Shown here piece by piece: positions 25,245 to 34,719 of a DNA stretch of 64,000 nucleotides; the first letter of the stretch is position 1, and every line of letters begins with the position of its first letter. The stretch covers positions 11,255 through 75,254 of the forward strand of contig DUML01000082.1 in the NCBI GenBank assembly GCA_012839895.1. Reading direction: 5' to 3'. A program made the translations under genes and the position numbers. The DNA is from Peptococcaceae bacterium (GTDB lineage Bacteria > Bacillota > Desulfitobacteriia > Desulfitobacteriales > Syntrophobotulaceae). The notes beneath the pieces are model-generated. The model searched no databases and was not told where the DNA came from. It saw only the letters and a list, made by a program, of their open reading frames with translations.

Positions 25245-25396
25245 CTCTATTTCCCGGCCTCACTGTAAAGTATTTTTGCTTTACGCCTTGTTATTTTAAA
25301 CTGAAAAACCCAGTTTGTCAAGAACTAAGCTAATCATATTTTGGCTTCTGCTTTTGCCAATAAACTATGGCGACTTACCTCGGCGGCAAATATTCT

Positions 25397-26695
25397 TTAG
25401 ACTTCCAGAGCAATTCTTTTCGCCCGTTTTTCTACTTCAGCGCAAATTTGTTCTTCGTCAAGGGTCGTAAGGTGATAATTTTCCATTAAAATTTTGCCGT
25501 CCACCATGACAGTCCTGACGTCACTGCCCCGGGCGCAATAAACTAAATGAGAAGGTATTGAAAACCTTGGATAGAAGTGCGCTTGTTTAAAATTCAGAGA
25601 TATTAAATCAGCCTTATATCCCGGAGCCAACTTGCCAATGTCTTTAAAACCTGTAATCTTGGCACCGCCGTTAGTGGCAAGTTCAAGTACTTCATAGGCT
25701 GGAAGATCCTCCGGGGAGCCTACCAATTTTTGCTGCAAGGAAGCACTGCGCATCTCACCAAACATATCCAAGTCATTATTGCTGCATGCTCCATCCGTTC
25801 CGAGACCAACCGGAATGCCCATTTTAAGCATTTTAACAATTGGTGCCGTCCCGCTGTTTAGTTTCATATTGCTTTCCGCATTATGGGCTACACCAACTTC
25901 ATATTTTTTATAAATAGCCAATTCTTCATCATCCAGGTAAACTGAGTGGGCAGCGATAATCCGACCGCCAAAAAGACCCTGTTCTTCCAACCATCTTACA
26001 GGGGTAGTACCATACCGTTCGCGAATTGTCGCCAACTCGGCTTTAGTCTCGGCGACATGGATATGAATACCCGCTTGCAGCTTGTCAGCCTCTTGTTTAA
26101 CAGTTTGCAGGAATTCACCGGGGCAAGTATAAGGAGCATGAGGGCCAAACATAATCTGCAAACGGCCTTCTCCCGCTCCCTGGTAATTGTTAAAGAGATC
26201 AATGTTCTCCTGCAAAGCTTTCTCGGCAGCTTGAAGGTCAAACCCGACCATCCCCCGAGAAAGAACCGCTCTTGTACCCGCTTCCAGCACTGCTTGAGCT
26301 GTTTCGTCTTCATACATGTACATGTCGACCATAGTAGTAGTGCCGGAGCGAATCATCTCACAGAGAGCCAAAAGGCTGCCCCAATACATATCTTCCGGGG
26401 TCATACGGGCTTCAAAAGGCCAGACCTTTTTTTCCAGCCAAGGCATAAGGGGCATATCGTCAGCATAACCGCGGAGCAAAGTCATCGCCGCATGTGTATG
26501 GGTGTTAATCAGTCCGGGCATAACCACGTCATTTTGCAAGTCCAATACTCTATCCGGTTTAAAGTCCACCGGGTGGGATCCCCTTTCCCCAACCCAGACG
26601 ATCCGGTCTCCCTCGATAGCAATTTCCCCCTGTTCAAAAAAGTCCTCCGGTCCGGTCATAGGTAAGATCATCGCTTTAATTAAGTATTTAGTCAT
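25397..26695 (-). CDS. mtaD: 5'-methylthioadenosine/S-adenosylhomocysteine deaminase (amidohydrolase superfamily)
   Basis: MPGLINTHTHAAMTLLRGYADDMPLMPWL plus HxH metal ligands and downstream His/Asp ligands typical of MtaD. Confidence 0.85.
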   Translation of the reverse strand: MTKYLIKAMILPMTGPEDFFEQGEIAIEGDRIVWVGERGSHPVDFKPDRVLDLQNDVVMPGLINTHTHAAMTLLRGYADDMPLMPWLEKKVWPFEARMTPEDMYWGSLLALCEMIRSGTTTMVDMYMYEDETAQAVLEAGTRAVLSRGMVGFDLQAAEKALQENIDLFNNYQGAGEGRLQIMFGPHAPYTCPGEFLQTVKQEADKLQAGIHIHVAETKAELATIRERYGTTPVRWLEEQGLFGGRIIAAHSVYLDDEELAIYKKYEVGVAHNAESNMKLNSGTAPIVKMLKMGIPVGLGTDGACSNNDLDMFGEMRSASLQQKLVGSPEDLPAYEVLELATNGGAKITGFKDIGKLAPGYKADLISLNFKQAHFYPRFSIPSHLVYCARGSDVRTVMVDGKILMENYHLTTLDEEQICAEVEKRAKRIALEV

Positions 26696-26852
26696 GTTTA
26701 GCCCTTCTTTCTTGGAGAGTTTTATTTGAGAAATATTTCTTTTTAAGAATCTCTTTCCAGAATATAAATTCGATCTTCAAGTAAAATAATTGCCTGGTAT
26801 TTTGCCTGTATTTCACCTGGTATTTCGCCTAGTTTTTTCAACTAGTCTTTTT

Positions 26853-26897
26853 AAAAAACTCGGCTCAGAGGACTTAACCGGGAGACTCCTGAGCCGA
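26853..26897 (-). terminator. Rho-independent terminator after mtnA
   Basis: Minus strand tcggctcag...ctgagccga 9-bp stem (26860-26868 / 26889-26897) followed by U6 (A6 at 26853-26858 on plus). Confidence 0.75.
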
Positions 26898-26938
26898 ATA
26901 ATTTTATAAATTACTTTTTGATCTTCTAAAAAGAAAAT

Positions 26939-27970
26939 TTATTTTACTAACATCCTTACTAAATTCACGGAATATGGGGGGGAGATAATCCCTTTCTCGG
27001 TAATTATCCCGGCAATATATTTAGCAGGAGTGATATCAAAAGCCGGGTTATAAACCTGGACTTCATCGGGCACAACTTTTACGCCCATGAACATTCTTAC
27101 TTCCTTGCCGTCCCGTTCTTCAACCGGTATATCCTCGCCCCCGGCAATTTTTAAATCAATTGTCGAAGTCGGAGCAGCTACATAGAAAGGTATCTCATGG
27201 GCCGCGGCCAAAACGGCTAAGGAATAAGTTCCGATCTTGTTGGCGGTATCCCCATTGGCGGCAATCCTGTCGGCCCCGACAATAACCATATCAATTTTAC
27301 CTTGCTGCATCAGATATCCGGCCATGCTGTCGGTGATTAAAGTATGGGGGATCCCCTCCTGCAAAAGTTCCCAGGTTGTAAGGCGCGCTCCCTGCAGGAA
27401 TGGCCTGGTCTCACCCACATAAACATGTATTTTTTTGCCTGCTTCGTGAGCCGCCCGGATAATTCCCAGTGCTGTCCCATATTCTACCGTAGCTAAAGTA
27501 CCGGTATTGCAATGGGTCAAAATCCTGGCATTCTCAGGAACGAGCTCATTGCCGAATTTCCCAATCAGCTTATTCATTCGCCGGTCATCCTCAGCAATTT
27601 GCTCCGCTTCCGCCACCAGAGCTTCCCGAATCTGGACAAGATCTTGCTTTTGCAGCTCTCGATATTTATCTTCCATTTTCCTTAAAGCCCAAAAAAGATT
27701 AACTGCTGTCGGGCGAGTAGCAGCCAGCACAGTCCGTACTTTGTCCATATGTTCTGTTAAGCCTTCCACTTCGCCTTCATAATTTAAGGCTCCCAGGGCA
27801 AAACCGTAAGCAGCTGCCGCTCCTATAGCCGGGGCGCCGCGAATTTCCATATTCTTAATAGCTTCCGCAACCTCCGTATAAGTGTAGGCTGCACGGTATT
27901 GTTCCTCAAAAGGGAGCCTAGTCTGATTAAGTATAAGTAGATGATCACCTTGCCATGCAAGCGCTTTCAC
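26939..27970 (-). CDS. mtnA: S-methyl-5-thioribose-1-phosphate isomerase
   Basis: eIF-2B alpha/beta/delta-like fold; IRGAPAIGAAAAYG, HCNTGTLAT and GADRIAANGDTANKIGTY. Confidence 0.9.
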   Translation of the reverse strand: MKALAWQGDHLLILNQTRLPFEEQYRAAYTYTEVAEAIKNMEIRGAPAIGAAAAYGFALGALNYEGEVEGLTEHMDKVRTVLAATRPTAVNLFWALRKMEDKYRELQKQDLVQIREALVAEAEQIAEDDRRMNKLIGKFGNELVPENARILTHCNTGTLATVEYGTALGIIRAAHEAGKKIHVYVGETRPFLQGARLTTWELLQEGIPHTLITDSMAGYLMQQGKIDMVIVGADRIAANGDTANKIGTYSLAVLAAAHEIPFYVAAPTSTIDLKIAGGEDIPVEERDGKEVRMFMGVKVVPDEVQVYNPAFDITPAKYIAGIITEKGIISPPYSVNLVRMLVK

Positions 27971-27985
27971 TTTATTTCCGCCTTT

Positions 27986-28768
27986 CTAAAACATACCTGC
28001 TTCCTTATTCCCGGTTGAGCAGTAACAACCTTGATCTTCTATGTCATTATCGATAATTGCTTCGATTAATTGAGCAACAGTTTCTCCCAACATGTTCATA
28101 GTAGCTATTACTTCACTGTGTGTCAACGGTTTCTGGGTAATTCCGGCAGCTTCATTGGTTACCAAAGCCAGAGTGGCATAGCACATTCCTAATTCTCTGG
28201 CCAGGACAACTTCCGGCACACCGGTCATTCCAACTACCTGACCGCCTAGGGTTTTATACATCCGGATTTCGGCAGGAGTCTCAAAACGCGGCCCTTCAGT
28301 GCAAACATAAACCCCACCGTTTTTAACGGTTAAACCTAAGTTTTCTGCACATTGCACAATTCTCTGTCTTAAGATTGGGCAATAAGGTTCGGAAACATCA
28401 ACATGCAGAACCCCCTGCTCTCCTCCCTCAAAGAAGGTCTGGGGACGGGATTTAGTAAAATCAAGAAACTGATCAACAAGGACAATATCTCCAATGTGAA
28501 AATCCGCTGAAATTGAACCTACTGCTCCGGTAGCCAAAATCTTTTTTACACCCATTTTTTTTAAAGCCCAAATATTGCCTCGATAATTAATTAAGTGCGG
28601 TGGAACACTGTGCCCTTCTCCATGCCTTTTTAGAAAAACAAGGCTCTTTTCTCCTAACATGCCCGTTTCTAGTGAAATTAAACCGTAAGGAGTATCTACT
28701 CTAAGGGAAGAACTGTGCTTTAAAGGCAGCTTTTCCACTCCGGTCCCACCTATTAATGCCCACTCCAT
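27986..28768 (-). CDS. mtnP: S-methyl-5'-thioadenosine (or 5'-methylthioinosine) phosphorylase, PNP family 2
   Basis: FLKRHGEGHSVPPHLINYRGNIWALK, CTEGPRFETPAE and GMTGVPE motifs of MTAP-type phosphorylases. Confidence 0.85.
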   Translation of the reverse strand: MEWALIGGTGVEKLPLKHSSSLRVDTPYGLISLETGMLGEKSLVFLKRHGEGHSVPPHLINYRGNIWALKKMGVKKILATGAVGSISADFHIGDIVLVDQFLDFTKSRPQTFFEGGEQGVLHVDVSEPYCPILRQRIVQCAENLGLTVKNGGVYVCTEGPRFETPAEIRMYKTLGGQVVGMTGVPEVVLARELGMCYATLALVTNEAAGITQKPLTHSEVIATMNMLGETVAQLIEAIIDNDIEDQGCYCSTGNKEAGMF

Positions 28769-28770
28769 AC

Positions 28771-29697
28771 TTATCCCTCCTCCGCAAGGGAAAATAAAGC
28801 CTTGGCAAATTCACGAGGCTCAAAGGGTTTTAAATCTTCAATCCCTTCACCGATACCTATTAGTTTTACAGGCACTTTGGCTTCACTCTGAATACCCAGA
28901 ATTACGCCTCCCTTGGCTGTACCATCAAGTTTGGTAAGAATAATTCCGGTAACATCCGCTGCCTCTTGAAAAATTTTAACTTGTTGCAGCGCATTTTGGC
29001 CAGTGGTGGCATCTAAAACCAGCAAAACTTCATGTGGTGCTCCGGGGATTTCTCGTTCAATCACTCTTTTGATTTTGCTTAACTCATTCATGAGATTGAC
29101 CTTATTGTGTAACCTTCCGGCGGTATCTATTAATAAAACATCAATATGGCGGGATTTCGCAGCCCGCAAAGCATCGAAAACTACAGCGGCCGGGTCGGCT
29201 CCTTCCCCTTGCTTGATTACTTCAGCCCCGGCTCTTGCTCCCCAAACCTCAAGCTGTTCAATCGCTGCCGCCCGGAAAGTGTCTCCTGCCGCCAGCAGAA
29301 CTTTTTTACCCTGAGCCCGGAGATTGCTGGCAAGTTTACCGATAGTGGTTGTTTTCCCCACGCCATTAACACCGACCACCAAAAAGACGGTAGGACCGGC
29401 AGGAGCAAATTGCAAGGCTCGTTCTTCCCCCAACATAGCAGTAATTTGTTCTTTTAATACTTCTTGCAAAACGGCCGGTTCCGAAATTTTTCGTTCATTG
29501 GCTGTTTTGCGGAGCGTTTCCACCAGTTCCAGAGCTGTATTAACACCAACATCAGCCTGGATTAATACTTCTTCTAATTCTTCATACAAATCCTCATCGA
29601 TTTTTTTTGCACCGCTAAAAATCTCTCCAACTTTATCCACAAAACCCTGGCGAGTTTTCGTTAATCTCTCTTTCAGCTTACTGAACAATCCGGCCAC
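28771..29697 (-). CDS. ftsY: Signal recognition particle receptor FtsY (short, NG-domain form)
   Basis: GVNGVGKTTT, DTAGR and TKLDGTAKGG motifs. Confidence 0.95.
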   Translation of the reverse strand: MAGLFSKLKERLTKTRQGFVDKVGEIFSGAKKIDEDLYEELEEVLIQADVGVNTALELVETLRKTANERKISEPAVLQEVLKEQITAMLGEERALQFAPAGPTVFLVVGVNGVGKTTTIGKLASNLRAQGKKVLLAAGDTFRAAAIEQLEVWGARAGAEVIKQGEGADPAAVVFDALRAAKSRHIDVLLIDTAGRLHNKVNLMNELSKIKRVIEREIPGAPHEVLLVLDATTGQNALQQVKIFQEAADVTGIILTKLDGTAKGGVILGIQSEAKVPVKLIGIGEGIEDLKPFEPREFAKALFSLAEEG

Positions 29698-29908
29698 TTA
29701 CTTTTCTCTCCTTTAGGTCTAAACTTAATAACCATTATTTTTTAATGGTCATTGTCTTATTGGGATTATAGGATTAACTGTAAAATAAATTCTGAACATT
29801 CCTATAGGCTAGTGAAATTTTACCATATTTCACCTTGCTGCACAAATTTTGCTCCAGACTCCTTAAAGACGGCTTAAGAAGAAATGTTTCTTTTTTCCCT
29901 TTTACCTT

Positions 29909-32900
29909 TTAACTAACTCTTTGTTCCAATTCTACCGTTAAAAGCTTTGACACTCCGGATTCTTCCATAGTAATCCCATATAACCTATCCGCGGATTCCA
30001 TCGTCCCCCGGCGATGAGAGATAAGAATAAACTGGGTATGGTCGGACAGGGTCTGGAGGTAATGGACAAAACGTTTAACATTGGCTTCATCCAACGACGC
30101 TTCTATTTCATCCAGTAAACAAAAAGGGCTTGGTTTTACTTTTAGAAAAGCAAAAAGCAAAGCAATAGCGGTAAAGGAACGTTCTCCGCCGGATAATAGC
30201 GACAAAAGCTGGGGCTTTTTGCCTGGAGGCTGGGCAATAATATTAACCCCTGTTTCCAGCAGGTTTTCCGGGTCATCTAGTTGGAGTTCCGCATAGCCCC
30301 CATTAAACAGTTGACTGAAAACCTCTTTAAAAGCCTCATTGACGGCTTTAAAACCAATCTGGAAACGTTCAATCATATTTTTATCAAGTTCGGCAATTAG
30401 CTCACGTAAAGAATTACCTGCTTCTACCAAGTCTTTTTTCTGGGTAGTAAGGAATTCATAACGCTTTAGTGTTTCCGGGTATTCTTCCAAAGCCGTATAG
30501 TTAACCGGCCCCAGTTCCTCAATTTGTTTTTTGAGGTTTAATATTTTCTCCTGTAAAAACTCTTTTTTCTCAGTAGTTTGATAATGAAAAGCTTCTTCCC
30601 AGCTTAGACCGTATTCCTCCTGAAGTCTGCGAGTGTTTGTTTCCAATTCTGTTTGCCAGCGGGTAATTCGCAGTTCAGCCTGGTGAAGTTGCTGTTCCAA
30701 TTCCTTAGCCCGTCGATTTTTACGTTGAATTTCTTCTTCTTTACGAATAACAGCTGTTGCCAAGGCTTCTCTTTCCTGCCGTAATTCCATTAGCTTTAAC
30801 TTTCGTTCATTTAATTGTTCGGCTGCGGTCTGGATCTTATCTCCGGTCTCAGCCTGAGAACGAGCTAATTCTTTTTCTAATTGCTGAATATTATCCAATT
30901 CGGCTTTCTTTTCTTCCACAAGCTTAGTGCTTGCCTCAAAGCGCTCGTTCTCCTCAGCAATAAGTTGTTTGACCTGTTTAAGCTGCTGTTCCCAGGTGGC
31001 AGCCTCAATTTTGGCACTGGTTATTTGTTCAGATATCTTTTCGATTTCCTTATTGTTCTTTTGAATCAAATCCCCAACTTTTTTTTGTTCATCTTTTAAG
31101 TCATTAATTTTTTGTTCGATATTTTCAAGGTTGGCATAAGCAGCCTCTTCCCGGATACAGAGTTCGGCAAACTGGGTTTTTATTGCTTGAAGTTCATAGG
31201 TAAGGGCCAAAAGCGCTTCGGTCAAGCTGTTATAGCGTTCTTCGTGATGTATTTTTTCTACAGCCAAAATTCCTTTCGCTTCACTAAATTCTTTTAAGGT
31301 CTTTTCCAGTCTCTCTTTCTCAAGATAAAGATTCTCAATTTGTTTCTTTTTCTCTAAAACAGCTTTACCTATGACCTCCAGCTCCGAACTTAATACCTTA
31401 ACACTCTCCTTTAATTCCTCAATCTCTCGAGCCCGGCTTAAAAGCCCAGTGTTTTGATTCCTGGTGCTGCCTCCGGTCAGAGAGCCCCCGGGGTTAACCT
31501 GGTCTCCTTTAAGGGTAACCACTCGAATCTGATAATTATTGGCTTTGGCAATATCCACCGCCGAATCCATATCATCGGCAATAATAATTCTTCCAAGCAA
31601 GAACTCCATTATGGCCTGAAATCGCTTATTATAGGTCACCAGGTCTACGGCCAAGCCAATAAACCCCGGGTGGTTAAGGGTTTGCGAAGTAAGGGGATAT
31701 CTTCCGCCTTTAATAGCGTCCAAAGGCAGAAAGGTAGCCCGTCCATTGTTGGTTTTTTTCAGGTATTCAATACACTTTTTACCATCTTCTGTGGTTTTGG
31801 CTAAAATGTTTTGCAGAGCGCTGCCTAGGCAGGTTTCTACCGCCAGTTCATATTCCGGCTCAACCTCAATATTTTCGGCTACCGTGCCATAAAGGGAGCC
31901 ACAATTGATTTCCCCCCTCCGGTAGGCAAAAATAGTCTCCCGCACTCCTTTGTAATAACCTTCCAAATTATCTTCCAATGTCTGCAGTGCATTTAGGCGG
32001 GCAATTTGCTGCTCTTTTTTCCTGGCTAGTATTGCAACCTTTTCTTCCAAGCGGTTTTTTTCAGCTTTGATGCTGTCAATTTCCCGCTTCAGGGTTTCCA
32101 GGTTTTGTTGGGCTTCAAGTTCCTGTTTCTCAATTTCCAGCTTTTTTTTATCGAACTGTTCTATTTCCTGGCTTAGAGCTTCTTTTTCTTCCCTTTTCTT
32201 TTGCAGTTCCTTACCTAATTGTGTTTCCCGTTTTTGGCAAGACGCTTTCTGATTTTCAATTTCCGCCAGCTCGTTCGTTAATTTGCTTTTTAGTGTTAAT
32301 GCTTCAAATATTTCGGTTTTAAGCTCTTCGAGACGGTTCTCTCCACTGCTGCTACGCAGTTTAAGTAAACTGGCCTCTCTTTCCTTAAGCCTTCCGGCAA
32401 TTTCCTGCAAAGCTTCGCTAAGTTCGGCTTCACGTTTGGTGTGCAGGCTGAGCTTTTCCTCGGTCTGTTTTATTTTTTCCTTTTCCGCATTAATTTCCTT
32501 TTCCAGCCGGCTAAGTTGTTCTTGGGCAAAACCCTGCCTCTCAGTTATTAGTGATAACTGGTGCTCAACTTCTTTAACCTGATTTTCCAAGGTGTAAACG
32601 TCGGTTTGCGCCTCTTGAACCTGTTGTTCCAATTGGTTTAGGGCATATTTTTCCTTAAGGCTTAAAGCTTCTTCTTCAGTGATGTTGGTAGTCAAAGCGG
32701 TTAATTCTAAGTTTAATTGTTCCAACAGTTCTTGTGATTTGTTTAATTTTTGCTTTAAATCCGAAAGTTCATTAACAATAAGCTTTATTTCCGTTTCTTC
32801 TAATTGCGAGGTAAAATTTTTGCTGATTCTGGCAACCTCGGCTTGTTGAGCCAGCGGTTCCAATCTGGTTTCCACTTCGCTAATAATATCATTAAGCCTG

Positions 32901-33490
32901 CTAATATTTTGTTCCGTATCGTCCAGCTTTTTAAGTGCTTCTTTCTTACGCAGCCGGAACTTGCTAATCCCCGCAACTTCTTCAATTAGTAAACGGCGCT
33001 CATCTGCTTTAAGATTCAAGATTTCTTCCACCCGGCCTTGGCCGATAATTGAGAAACCTTCCTTGCCCGAACCGGTATCCAAAAAAAGTTCTTGAATATC
33101 CTTTAAACGGCAAGGTGTCCGGTTGATAAAAAATTGGCCTTCGCCGTCCCGATAGACCCGACGGGTTATAACCACTTCTTCATAATCTAAAGGAAATAAC
33201 CCGGTGGTGTTATCAAAAATAAGCGATACTTCAGCCATTCCCACAGGCTTGCGGGCAGCGCTGCCGGCAAAAATCACGTCCTCCATCTTGTTTCCCCGGA
33301 GGCTTTTGGCGCTTTGTTCTCCTAAAACCCAACGGACAGCATCAGCTACATTGCTTTTCCCACTGCCGTTAGGACCAACAATAACACTTAAACCCGGCTG
33401 AAAATCTAATCTGATTTTATCGGCAAAAGATTTAAACCCTTGAATTTGAATGGCTTTGAGAAAAACTTGGGGGTTCTTCTTTGCTGTCAC
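29909..33490 (-). CDS. smc: Chromosome segregation protein SMC
   Basis: N-terminal Walker A GPNGSGKSN, long coiled coils, hinge region, signature LSGGE, and Walker B LLDEIEASLD. Length 1193 aa. Confidence 0.95.
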   Translation of the reverse strand: MTAKKNPQVFLKAIQIQGFKSFADKIRLDFQPGLSVIVGPNGSGKSNVADAVRWVLGEQSAKSLRGNKMEDVIFAGSAARKPVGMAEVSLIFDNTTGLFPLDYEEVVITRRVYRDGEGQFFINRTPCRLKDIQELFLDTGSGKEGFSIIGQGRVEEILNLKADERRLLIEEVAGISKFRLRKKEALKKLDDTEQNISRLNDIISEVETRLEPLAQQAEVARISKNFTSQLEETEIKLIVNELSDLKQKLNKSQELLEQLNLELTALTTNITEEEALSLKEKYALNQLEQQVQEAQTDVYTLENQVKEVEHQLSLITERQGFAQEQLSRLEKEINAEKEKIKQTEEKLSLHTKREAELSEALQEIAGRLKEREASLLKLRSSSGENRLEELKTEIFEALTLKSKLTNELAEIENQKASCQKRETQLGKELQKKREEKEALSQEIEQFDKKKLEIEKQELEAQQNLETLKREIDSIKAEKNRLEEKVAILARKKEQQIARLNALQTLEDNLEGYYKGVRETIFAYRRGEINCGSLYGTVAENIEVEPEYELAVETCLGSALQNILAKTTEDGKKCIEYLKKTNNGRATFLPLDAIKGGRYPLTSQTLNHPGFIGLAVDLVTYNKRFQAIMEFLLGRIIIADDMDSAVDIAKANNYQIRVVTLKGDQVNPGGSLTGGSTRNQNTGLLSRAREIEELKESVKVLSSELEVIGKAVLEKKKQIENLYLEKERLEKTLKEFSEAKGILAVEKIHHEERYNSLTEALLALTYELQAIKTQFAELCIREEAAYANLENIEQKINDLKDEQKKVGDLIQKNNKEIEKISEQITSAKIEAATWEQQLKQVKQLIAEENERFEASTKLVEEKKAELDNIQQLEKELARSQAETGDKIQTAAEQLNERKLKLMELRQEREALATAVIRKEEEIQRKNRRAKELEQQLHQAELRITRWQTELETNTRRLQEEYGLSWEEAFHYQTTEKKEFLQEKILNLKKQIEELGPVNYTALEEYPETLKRYEFLTTQKKDLVEAGNSLRELIAELDKNMIERFQIGFKAVNEAFKEVFSQLFNGGYAELQLDDPENLLETGVNIIAQPPGKKPQLLSLLSGGERSFTAIALLFAFLKVKPSPFCLLDEIEASLDEANVKRFVHYLQTLSDHTQFILISHRRGTMESADRLYGITMEESGVSKLLTVELEQRVS

Positions 33491-34236
33491 TTCTTATTCT
33501 CCTCCCATTTAGTTAAAGCTAAGCGGGCAGCTTGCTGTTCAGCTTCTTTCTTGGTCTTGCCTGTTCCCGCCCCTTTAAGAGCCCCCTTAATATAGACCCC
33601 AGCCGTAAAGACTTTGTCGTGATCGGGGCCGCTTTCGGTTAGTATTTTATAAGTCACTTCAGCTTCTTCTTTTTGCGCTTTTTCTTGAAGCATGGTTTTA
33701 AAATCTCCGTAATTTCCTTGAGCAATTTCTTCAATCTCCGGTACGAGCATATTAAGGATGAACTTACGGACTGTTTCAAAACCATACTGCAAATAAATAG
33801 CCCCTATCAACGCTTCCAAAGCATCCGCAAGAATAGAAGGCCTTTCCCGCCCCCCGGACATTTGCTCTCCTTTGCCTAAAAACAAAGCTCGCCCGAGATT
33901 AATCTTTTTTGCTTGGCGCGCCAATGTTGTTTCATTAACCACAGCGGCTCTCATTTTTGTAAGTTCCCCTTCTGGCTTTTCAGGATAAGCCAGATATAGA
34001 TACTCACCCACAATAAAATCTAAAACCGCATCGCCCAGGAATTCCAAGCGCTGGTTGTTTTCCAACCCTCCGCTGGGATTCTCAAAGGTATAGGAAGGAT
34101 GCGTCAAAGCAGTACAAATTAAATTGCTATACTCAAAACCAAGCTTAGACAAAAATTGTTCAACTTCTTTTTGGCTATCACCAGAGTTAACCTGCTTTGT
34201 TTTTTTTAAGTAATACCGATTGTGTTTTTTGAGCAT
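33487..34236 (-). CDS. rnc: Ribonuclease III
   Basis: NNQRLEFLGDAVLD catalytic signature and a C-terminal dsRBD. ATG 34236 lies 4 nt after GAGGTGA; the ORF-track start is 34281. There is a 4-nt overlap with the smc start. Confidence 0.93.
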   Translation of the reverse strand: MLKKHNRYYLKKTKQVNSGDSQKEVEQFLSKLGFEYSNLICTALTHPSYTFENPSGGLENNQRLEFLGDAVLDFIVGEYLYLAYPEKPEGELTKMRAAVVNETTLARQAKKINLGRALFLGKGEQMSGGRERPSILADALEALIGAIYLQYGFETVRKFILNMLVPEIEEIAQGNYGDFKTMLQEKAQKEEAEVTYKILTESGPDHDKVFTAGVYIKGALKGAGTGKTKKEAEQQAARLALTKWEENKK

Positions 34237-34348
34237 TAATTCACCTCGTCCTTTTTTTACCCAAAAAGCCCCGCAGTACATAATAAAGACAAGCCAACCC
34301 CTTTCCGGAGTCAGAATAGCCTAAATTATGTCCCACGGGGCTTGAAAA

Positions 34349-34579
34349 TTATTGATTATCTTTAATATAACGGACTACATCCCCGATTGTTTTGATGTTC
34401 TCAACCTCTTCATCGGCAATATCGAGGTTGAATTCTTCTTCCAAGGCCATCACTAATTCTACAATATCCAGTGAATCTGCATTTAAATCCTGGAAGGATG
34501 TTGTTGGTGTAATATCTTCTTCATCCACTCCCAGTTGATCAATAACAATATTTTTCACTTTTTCGTAAATACTATCCAT
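34349..34579 (-). CDS. acpP: Acyl carrier protein
   Basis: [18 protein letters not shown]...[20 protein letters not shown] contains the DSLD phosphopantetheine site. ATG 34579 is preceded by GAGGGGGTGG; the ORF-track start 34690 is rejected. Confidence 0.93.
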   Translation of the reverse strand: MDSIYEKVKNIVIDQLGVDEEDITPTTSFQDLNADSLDIVELVMALEEEFNLDIADEEVENIKTIGDVVRYIKDNQ

Positions 34580-34719
34580 GATTATGCCACCCCCTCTCAG
34601 GCCATAATTAGCCAAGCATAACACTTTAATTCTTATTCTATTATCTGAGGATTTAATCCTTTTATTCAGAATTGTATCAGCATTTATCAAGAATGCAAGC
34701 AGCTTTTAGGCAATTAGGC

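Noticed and set aside
25946-26665. 239-aa plus-strand ORF antisense to mtaD
   Set aside because: It is fully contained within the well-supported amidohydrolase gene on the other strand. It has no SD or family resemblance, and its Ser/Arg/His-rich composition is typical of antisense frames.
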